From Octopus vulgaris (lineage: Eukaryota): 64,000 nucleotides of DNA. The DNA lies in assembly GCA_951406725.2 (NCBI GenBank), contig OX597816.1:113026001-113090000 (forward strand), given 5' to 3'. The notes beneath the pieces are model-generated. The model had not been told where the DNA came from. It was given only the letters and a program-made list of their open reading frames with translations, and searched no databases. How positions within the stretch are numbered: position 1 is the stretch's first letter; the number at the start of each line of letters is the position of its first letter. Shown piece after piece: positions 54,246 through 64,000 of this stretch. The translations under genes were made by a program, and so were the position numbers.

Positions 54246-55329
54246 GTTATATCTCTTTTACTGTACAGCCTATCTCTGCATCAATTTATATAGCAGTAAT
54301 ATTAGGTATTCCTACTGAAAAAAATTAACCTCTTCAAAGGAAAAAGAAAAGCAAACATTTCATTCTTTTGTGTCGAACATGTTGATGTTATTACTGAACA
54401 TAATTATACAACACTCTATTTAACATGTCTGCGGCATTCCCCAAGGAAATAATATACAAGCCCAACCTCATAAATAAAAGAATTCTGAATGATTCTTCTA
54501 AGTGACCTGACTTCACTTTGAATTTATTTATTACTGAATCACAATTAAATATTTAGATGTTAATCATCTATATTCAGTTGAAAGTTTTAGTTGTTAATTA
54601 ACTGTTTTGTTCATGGAATGTTTGAAGTAAATCATTATCATTAGTTTTATTCTATTGATCAACAGTCTTTTCTTCTTTCTAAGTAAGCAAGTTTCAAAAT
54701 TATTTTCTACATCTTTTAATCATCATTCTTTCAAGGTGGATATTAATTTATTCTCTAAGTTCTCAAATTCACATAAATTAATCTTAAAATGTGTATTTGC
54801 AGCTGAAGAACTAGAAAATTTATGTTAAGAAGTGAAGTCTGCACTCAAGTTTAAATTAAATAAGAATAAAATCTTATTTGAGTGCTCAAGAAATTAAATT
54901 TTTTTTTCTAAATAAATCTAGTTAAATATGAAAATATTTCATTTCAAGATACTTCTTTAAGAGTTATTTGTATCGGGTAAAATATTTGTTTTAATACTTT
55001 CAACTTCAGAAGATATTCATCCTTTGAGAGTTGATACAATAATTACTTCTTAAGTCCTAGGGTTGATAGGATCAGCTGTTCCAACCCCACCCCCACCAAA
55101 TGAGTGACTTTATGGTTAAATTAGAAATCAATATTTTTGACTCAAAGAATTATTAAGAGATTTTAGGTTGTGGTTTATCAAATATTTCTGCTGTATTTTG
55201 GCTGTAAATTCACAAGGTATTTTCATTCAACTCACTCACAGATTTATTGGTTTCCTTGCATCATTTGTATATTTCATCAGTATACACACAAAGATACAAA
55301 CACATACAAAGTGAGCTTCACACAGTTTC

Positions 55330-55688
55330 TATCTTCTTTTACTTTCTTTAATTGTTTCAGTCATTGGACTGCAAGCATGCTGGGGCACTGTCTCGAATGA
55401 CTTAGTCAAGCAAATTGAACCCAGTACTTATTCTATCAGTCCTTTTTGCCAAACTGCTAAGTTACAGGGATATTAACAAATCACCACTAGTTGACAAGCA
55501 GTAGAAGAACAAACATGTGCATACACACATGCTCACACACACAGGATGGGCTTCCATATAATTTCCATCTTCCACATTCACTCACAAAGCATTGGTCAGC
55601 TCAAGAAGCTGCACAGTAGGATGACTGATCCAGAAACCATATGGTTGCAAAGCAAGCTTGTTAACCACACAGCCATGCCTGTGCCTAC
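55330..55688 (-). mobile_element. SINE family A, decayed
   Basis: gtttcagtcattggactgc...ccagtacttattctatcagt...aaccacacagccatgcctg. Confidence 0.8.
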
Positions 55689-58600
55689 CAAATGTAAGTT
55701 GTAAGTCCTTTGCCAACCCAATGCTGGTAGTCAAAGCACTTAGAATTATTGATCAAAATTCAAAATTTTAATCTTCTTATGAATGATTTGGCTGTTAAGA
55801 AGCTTTCAAGACACTCACCCTGCCTTTACTAACACATGACAGAACAGTAAATTGTGAAGATAAGATATTATTTTGAAAAACACCTATTTACTTTCCTAAG
55901 TCCATTAGATTTAAGACCTTTTAGGTTTATCAACAAAAACTATGAATATAGCTTCTGTTTTAAGTAATCAGCTTGTAATCTAATGTTATTCCCTGTAACA
56001 CATCATTTCTCTGTCCAAAGAAAGGCTCTTAAAACATTTAAAAATAGAACTTGGGTCTTTTTTGCGTTCTATACAAAATGTCATTGTATCATCAACAGCC
56101 ATTTACTTCTTATTCTGAATATTTCTTTCCCCCCCAATCCCACCAATCAATGTAAACTTTCTGTTAGCCAAATGAAGTGGAAATATTGTCTTCTGAAAAC
56201 TCTTCAGATTTCTCTTCCAACACTTTATAAACTTTTTTCACCATTTATCAATCTATAGTCAGGAACATTTTCCATGTGTTGATAAAACAAAAATGTTTTT
56301 TTATAAACCATATCTAAGAGTGGTTTCTTTCATAAAGCTTGTTGAGTTTCTATTTTGTTTGAGACAGAATAATTCTACCATAGTGTCTTTTTTTTTTCAA
56401 TGTGGTGGAAATTAAGTCTCTATTAATGCAAGCATTGAGAAATATTTAAAATCTATTTCACATATTTATGTGGAATCATAAATCTCTTGTGGAATATTAT
56501 TTGTTTGTTCCTAAATTTAAAAACTCTCACATTTACTACTGAGATTTTTTCTCTTCTTGTTGATGTTATCTTACATCTAAAAATTGTCTGCAGCAGGTGC
56601 TTGTTTGTGATTTGTTATTTCATTAATACCAAGTTATTTGTCGAAAAATTCTGTCCATTACTAAACTAGATTTATTTTATAAACTTTGTTTTATTTTGCT
56701 TTTTAAAAATTATCTGCCTTGCATATAAATCTGAGTTAATCTGAGTACGTGGGCCAGTAGCAATGATCTTTGTTGGCCCACCCATTGTGATGTTGATGCT
56801 TAGCTTAAATATCTACAGATTGATGTATACTAGGAAATCTGGACACAAAGTAAGTTGTGGAATACTGTAGTTCTAGAGATAAAGGTTTAGGTAAAATGCC
56901 CAGTTTGGAGTTTTGAGGGTAAGATTCAGTAGGGGGATGACAGAAGAAAGCAGCAAGTAAAATAGGTGGTTTGGGTGGTCTTAGTGACACAGATTGCTAG
57001 TTCAGTAGAGCACAAAATATTGTGGTAGCAATTTAATAGTCGGAGAGGGAAAACACACAAAGTTTTCCTCAGGTCCATTGTTCATGGCTATAAACTAAAA
57101 CATGAGTCAAAACTATAAATATTTTTTTTTAACGAGAATGAATCATCTTCCTCTTTATTACAGATATTTTAATTCATTTAAAGATTTTGGGATCACTATC
57201 TTAATCCCCATCACCAGCCTTGTATGTTAGATATATACCATTATTCAAGTAGTTTTTTTACTTTTTATTCTTGACATTCAGTATTTGAGATGGCCCAGTG
57301 AAATTAGTTGTTAGAGTAAACATGCATGGAGCAAATTCCAAGAGGAATGAAGTTCTAAAGTTGAAAAGTTAAGGAAGGAAATTAATACAGAATCAAAAGA
57401 AATGAAGAGGGGATGGGAATGCAACAAGTGGATTTTGGTATGGATAACACAAGGGTTGGAAATTCATTAGAGCTGAGATCAGAGGAAGGCATATTTCTGT
57501 GGGGAACTAGTAGTTAATATTCATTAAGAGAACAACCTTTGCCCAAGTGCAGCCTAAATGATTGTGATTGTGGCTAGAGCACAATTTGACTAAATGAGCA
57601 GATCCTATCTGGAAATAAGAAATTCGTTGAAAACTGTTACGGATAGACTAATTAATTAACTGGTGTATTTTTCACACATAAATATTTGCAGTGTATCATA
57701 GTGTGCTTTTCATTTTCTTTGCTTTTATTACTTGTAGAAGAGCTACTGTAAGACTCTGACCTAATCACCACTTGCATGGAGATTAGGAAAGTTTAGAGAG
57801 GGAAAGGAGTACATTGTTATGTTGAGACAAGAGAAAATGTCAGTGAGATACTGAAATAGTGTTTAGTTGTTTGGGTGGAGGAAAAAGAGTCGCCAAAAAT
57901 CCTGTCAAATTTCACTGGTTTTTCCTGTGAAATTACATCTGGTTTTCCCAGCTTACATGGATTGGATGAACATTTTGAGGCATTGTTTTACAGCCTGATG
58001 CACTTTCTGACACTAACCCATACCTGTTTTTCAATAAGTGATCTCTTATTTTACACGGCTTCAAAGATATGAAGTGACTGGGCAATTTGTTGACAGGAGA
58101 AACTGACAGTACCACTGTGCACTGCACCATTGAAGCAATCGCAAATGTAAGCAAACACGCAGATACACACACACACACACACACATATCTATACAACTGT
58201 CTTTTTTTCAGGTTCCTTCTACCAAATCCACTCATGGCTTTGGTTTGCCAGAAGCTATTGTAGAAGACACTTGAATAAGGTGTTGTTCACTAAGACTGGA
58301 CCCAAAACTATGTGGTGGGGAAATTACCATACAACCATGCTTAGCTTGAAACATCTGGAAACAACTATAAAAAAAAAAAATAGTACTTTATCTTTTAATT
58401 CAACTTCATTGCTCCCAACATACTTGGTAATTTTCATGTCTCCAGTTTATGCCATTACATGCACCAGAAAGTAAAGTAGTACTTAGAGTAGTTCTGATAA
58501 TAAATTGGGTTGGCTGGTTGGTGATACCTAGAAAACCATTAAGTTGTAGTTGTAAAACTAAGACTTCAATTTTGTATGATATATCTAGGGCAAGTCAGCT

Positions 58601-59152
58601 TGGCAAACCCATATTTTTCTAAACTATCCCCATAGGAGTTGTCGAACTCAGATCTGCAAGCTTACAATATACTCATAAATTTAAAGGTGTGCTGCTACTG
58701 TTGCTGGATAGAGCAATATGTTATTCTTACACTGCTAGGACCATTTTGCTACTGAGCAGAGCCATAGACCATTTCAGTCACTGTACCAGTTATAAAATAT
58801 GGACTGCTAATCTTTCAGCAGGTGGTCTGCAACCCTATCAAATCAGCCAGCCACACACAGGCTTATATTTTAAGATCAATATTTCTTCATCTGTGAACAT
58901 GCCTTAATATAAGTGTTGCAATCCTGTTGATATATTTGCTTTCTAGGCAGTCTCTATATGAATGCTCAACCTGCTAGAATTAGCACCCGGTTCTCCTTCA
59001 AATCACATTCTAATATTTAAAAAAAATAAATAAAAATAAGAACACTGTTAATAAGACAGGGTTGCCATTTGTTCTGTTTGGTCAAGACTGACTTGGGTTA
59101 AACAATTACAACTTTTTATGAAGGACTGTGTTATACATGTGTTTATCTAGCT

Positions 59153-59457
59153 CAGGGTTTCTCAACCAATTTTTATCAATGGTCCCCTTTGATCACTGTT
59201 TTATTCTGGTGGACCCCATCGCCAGTCGATATTTAAAAACTAGTTTTATAGAAACTTCTTTCAAAATTCTTATTTTGTTTTTCACACATTAACTTGTGTA
59301 GAGGTTGAACTATGGAAAACATCCAAGAAAGAAACTTCACTGTTTCTTGCAATACATATCAATATATAAACATTGAAAGCAAAATATTTTTCAGGTGCCT
59401 TAAGTTACTGTTTTGCTGCATGGACCCCACACAAAAAATCCTATATGAGAACTACTG
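59153..59457. mobile_element. hAT (Charlie-like) MITE related to 31220-31477
   Basis: Ends cagggtttctcaacc / tgagaactactg; TSD atctagct vs atcaggct. Confidence 0.75.
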
Positions 59458-62400
59458 ATCAGGCTATTGTAAAGTTTTGAAAACAAATGTTTAAATTTAT
59501 ATGATTGTAGTTGTTTGCTTTGCAGTAGTTGAAATAAATTATATATACTGAAAGATTTTTAGGAATATATATTATATTGTTCTCATATATTTCTTTTGAA
59601 ATCATCTTTATAGTTAAGCTAATCAGTTATTTAATATATAGAAAAATGATACTATTATAAATAATAAAAAAAAAAACCTTATTGGATTAGCACATCTTTA
59701 CATTTCATAATAAAAGTTAACTTTTATAGTTATTTCAGAATAAATCCCTTTCTTTTAATGTATTATTTAATTGTGGTGTGTGTGAAAGAGAGAGAAAGAA
59801 CGAGTGTGAGAGAGAATGTATGGGTATGTATGTGTACATGCTTACACGTGGGTTTGCTTATAAATAGATAAAATAAATAATCTTGATTCTCTTAATGGAT
59901 GTAGTCATATGTTGAAATTATATTTTCATTCTTATTTATATATGTATATTTCTTTACCATTTTTCATAGTTACTCTACTTCCACTATGTTTGTGGGATTT
60001 CACTCACATGCTGTCATTAATAGCATTACTATCAAAATAAAACTATTGTATCATTATACTAAAGCTTGCCCTAGTAAAACCTCTCTCTATTACTCACACA
60101 CAAGCACACACTTCACTACTGCTGGAGTAGCAGGAGCATTTGTAGATAAGCTATATTTGAAAAGAAGCTGACTGTGTATGTGATAGTTAATACAGGAAGT
60201 TCTTTGTAGCTGCCCCACCCCCTGATACTTTCTTCTTTGCCTCTCTATTACCACTACCCACTGTTCTTACAGGAGGTGTGGGTCTAGCTCAAGTACCAGT
60301 CTATCTGCTTTCCTGTCTGTCAGTAAGCTCCTCCTAACCAACTCAATGAATTCTGTCAACTTCACCTCTGGCACTACAGCTTACAATACCACTATTTTGT
60401 ACCCCACCGATGGCTGTATGTATTCATCAGTTTTCATTCTGTGCTAACATGTTTCCTTTCTTAACAAGTAATATACGGTTGCTTTATTTAATAACATGAA
60501 GTAAGGAAACAAACTTATGTGAATTCCTTTTGGTTCATTGGCAATGAGAGCAACCAACCACTGGTTTCGGAGAAAGAAAAAAGTTTATTTAAAGTTATTC
60601 ACCTGAAAGTTATATTCTAAATGGGATAAAAGAAAAACCCCAAACAAAAGCAAAAACTAAATAGACAAACGCTAAAAACATAGAAGAAGGTGGATCCATA
60701 TAAATAATAAAATGACAAATAATACTGGAACTATTTGGATCTTTAAAAAGAAAAGAAAAGAAGCAAAGCATCAAAATACTTTCCCAAGGAATTTTATAAA
60801 TTGAATGGATTTATTAAATGAAAATCTTCCTCATTACATGTTGAAGTTGTTTTCAAAAGCAAAGGTATATGTATACACATTTCCAGGTGTCCTCGGAATT
60901 TTATTTGTTATTTCAATGAATATTTTTAATAACAATTCATACAGATTCAACTTGTAAAAAAAAAGAAGCTTTAAAAAATCAGTGTTATATATTTTCAAAT
61001 GTAATTGAAAATTTGCAAACAAGTAATATTTACTAGAAATATTTATTTTAATTATACTCTTTCAAAATACACTTCAAAAAATTATTTTGATTCAAGAAAA
61101 AAAACCTTAAACTTCACAGATACTTATGGGCATTATGAAAGAGATGAGAAAACCGTACCAAACTTTTAATAGCCAGCTCACAGCGAGTATGTTTTGCATT
61201 TAGATATTAAGATAAAGGATTTTAAAGCTTTCCAAATATAATAGCAAACTTTGGTTTCCAAATTTCAAATCAGAAAAAAAAGGGGAAAGAACCAAATATC
61301 ACAGGGGGAAAAAAAACCCAGTTGGATCATTTTGTTTTTTACATACTCACACACAAACACCCACCCTATTAAAAAACAATGAGAAGAAAGAGAGAGAGAA
61401 AGAGGAGAAAGAAGAAAAATAAGTAAACTAATTCACATGTTTATAGTTTTATAAATTTAAAAAAAAATTCTAAACCTCTTTATTATCTTTACTTAATGAG
61501 CTGAAGTTTAATAACACAATATTATCTCACACTTTAAAGCCATAAGGAAAGTCATTCAAGTTGTACCCAGGCCAACTGTTGTTACCTGTCTTGTTCTCAT
61601 TAACTCAGTCACCTAGTCTACTTAATTGTTTTTTGTTTTCCTTTTCCTCTACTTCCCCTCTCTCTCTTTCTCAAATTAAACTTATCAGGGCTTCTATGCT
61701 GGTGATATAGTTTGATTTAATCACTTACTTTAATAGATGACTAAACTGCTATTGTTAATCTCTTTTACAGACTAAGTAAATTGTACATTTAACTAGTTGG
61801 ATGTTATAGTGCCTTTTGAAAGGGTCTTATAATAATTTTTCTGTTGGTTCGACAACAGAAAAATATGGTCAATTTCATCTGATAGGATACCTTTCAACTG
61901 CTAAGTGGAAATTATATGAGGGCAGTAATTATTAATTTTCGTTGTTTTGATTTTCTTACCACCTGCACACAGGTATGTAGGTATTTTAAAGAAACAGTCT
62001 GATAGGTTTCATCATTTTTGTAATTAGTGCCTTAATAACATTATGTTAAATTTATAAAATAATAACAATAAATAAGTTTAAGGAGTTGACATTTTAAAGA
62101 AGTTAATGCAGTATTAATTATTGAAAATTGAACTAAGTATAAAAACATTTCCAAACACTACTTTTTTGAAACAGGTTGCTGCACTTCTGACTTGTTGCAT
62201 TTACATATTGTTACTTGTTTAAAGTATTTACAGCCTCATCTGTCGCTACTTCTAGCATGGATAATGTATCACTATACGTATCTAGTAAAATATAACTTAC
62301 AAAATTATTTCTTGTGGTAACAACTTAAGACATATAACTCAATTATCGAAATAATTATTCACTCGTATCATAAAAGGTGTTTTTGTCTTTCTTATTTTTT

Positions 62401-63158
62401 CTTACTCCTTTAGAGAACTATACACACACATACATACATACACACATACTCGCACACACTCACAACATATAAATATATATATATATACACACGTGTGTGT
62501 GCATGTATATGTGTATGTATGTACATACAAGTGTGTCTGTATGTATGTATTGTAGCTGAAAACGTTTCTTTGTTTTATTGTTGTATTTTTTTTAGTGAAA
62601 ATGGGCTGGGAAAGTATTCTGTAACAGGAAAGAGAACTTTGTGGAGGAGGGGTGGGGGACGTGAGAAAGTAGGCTATTTTGAAATAATGTAGAGTCTCTA
62701 AATGGAGGAAAGGGTGGTGCAAAATGGTAAATCATTCAGAATGAACAGCATGAATGGAATCTTTATTGTTAGTATATATATATATACTTATATATATATA
62801 TGAGAAATGTGAGGTGAACTATTTCAAAACAAATTTTGAAGTATTTATTCTTTGATAAATACTTAATGTAGATAAAGATTTCCTATAATTCTTATAAGCT
62901 ATGAAAATTGGGCACATAATTTTGACATTTGAGTAAGAATATATATTTTTTTAAAACTTGATATGACCTAATATCCCATTGACACAAATTCATTTCACTT
63001 CATCCATCATCTCATGTTATTCTTCTATATAGTCCACATGTCTTTCAAATTACATAGCTACAAGTTTACTTGCTGCATTTATATGATGTACATATTAAAA
63101 ACACAATTTTATTTCAAATGATCGTAAATATTGTCAACTTATAGTTAATATAATCAAA

Positions 63159-64000
63159 ATGGGTAATAAGTCTTCATTACTCTATGAACGACAGGCTGGG
63201 TTATCAGGTGAAAGACGAGATCGAAGCTGGTCTTTTACAGGCAATATGGGTTCACCAACATTGTCTGGTTTAAAAGCTTCAAGAAGTCGAGCAATGTCTT
63301 TGTCTCAAAATCCTAGGCAATCTGGTAATTCCCAGAAACACCTTAGGCTACCTGGTCACTTACATATATCTAGTCCATTGGAAATACAATCAAAAATTAA
63401 TTCCATGGATTCTATGCGCTTAGTATCTAGCAGTTCTTTAACTAATGTTAATCAACCACATTCATGGACTCTTGGAAAATCTGATGCATGGGATTCACCA
63501 TGCATCAAGAATCACCATGCAAGAAATGCTAATACTCAACAACAACAACAATTCCAAAATTGGTCAAGCAAGTATGCCACAAATAAAAAACTGGACTTGC
63601 AAAATGAGAAGAAAGTAAGCATTAAAAAGCGATCAGCTCATGCAAGCGATAGCAACAAACAACCTGTTTGTTCTTCCCACCAGAATTCTGTACAAATGCA
63701 GTGTTGTTCTGATGATGTGTTAGATATAAAAGAAGATATTCTCTATGAAGGATTCAGACCTCGAACTAACTCAACATCAATCATAGAAATGGGTAGGAAA
63801 CATCGCAGTCGTGTTGTAATGGGAGCTGCCAGTGCTAATCTTCGAAGACAGCTACATACAAGCCATACAGCCATTGACAAAAATTCTCAAGATTCTCCCA
63901 AAAATATGAATCATTGTGCTGGAGATTATGTTGAACTTGATCCTCGGCAAACAATGTTTCATGAGCAACAGAATTTTACCAATGAACAAGTATACTTGCG
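63159..64000 (+). CDS. Partial host coding exon, probably the N-terminus of a myristoylated, low-complexity signalling/scaffold protein; continues beyond the window
   Basis: 280 stop-free codons in AT-rich DNA (MGNKSSLLYERQAGLSGERRDRSWSF...NEQVYL); caaaATGG start context; candidate acceptor caacttatag at 63135-63144; nearest upstream in-frame stop 63096-63098; no TE motifs seen. Confidence 0.85.
   Translation, partial: MGNKSSLLYERQAGLSGERRDRSWSFTGNMGSPTLSGLKASRSRAMSLSQNPRQSGNSQKHLRLPGHLHISSPLEIQSKINSMDSMRLVSSSSLTNVNQPHSWTLGKSDAWDSPCIKNHHARNANTQQQQQFQNWSSKYATNKKLDLQNEKKVSIKKRSAHASDSNKQPVCSSHQNSVQMQCCSDDVLDIKEDILYEGFRPRTNSTSIIEMGRKHRSRVVMGAASANLRRQLHTSHTAIDKNSQDSPKNMNHCAGDYVELDPRQTMFHEQQNFTNEQVYL

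Noticed and set aside
63159-64000. Assigning a gene name (for example TIAM/still life-like or FRS2-like, from the MG start)
   Set aside because: Only generic motifs are visible and no diagnostic domain lies within the window.

Overview
AT-rich, repeat-dense eukaryotic (animal) genomic DNA. The repeat repertoire looks like an octopus/coleoid cephalopod, which is my inference from recognising the SINE/LINE families. About 63 kb appears intronic or intergenic. It contains microsatellites, two tRNA-derived SINE families, many decayed RTE-clade LINE copies, fragments of restriction-like-endonuclease retrotransposons (Dong/R4-like and HERO-like), a DD41D-like Tc1/mariner remnant, and hAT- and piggyBac-type MITEs. 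Nearly all ORFs in the supplied track are microsatellite or TE artefacts. The only convincing host coding sequence is missing from the track: a + strand frame from 63159 running off the window end (280 codons, MGNKSS..., N-myristoylation consensus, three RxRxxS motifs). Most interesting signals: (1) minimal Penelope-type hammerhead ribozyme motifs, two of them in the arms of an ~82-bp near-perfect inverted repeat; (2) a C4HC3 PHD-like zinc finger inserted inside the reverse transcriptase of the RTE LINE family, seen in four copies; (3) TAA-microsatellite-associated Dong-like insertions; (4) variable-number hairpin arrays in the RTE 3' UTR. All family assignments come from motif recognition by eye, with no database search, and boundaries of decayed elements are approximate.
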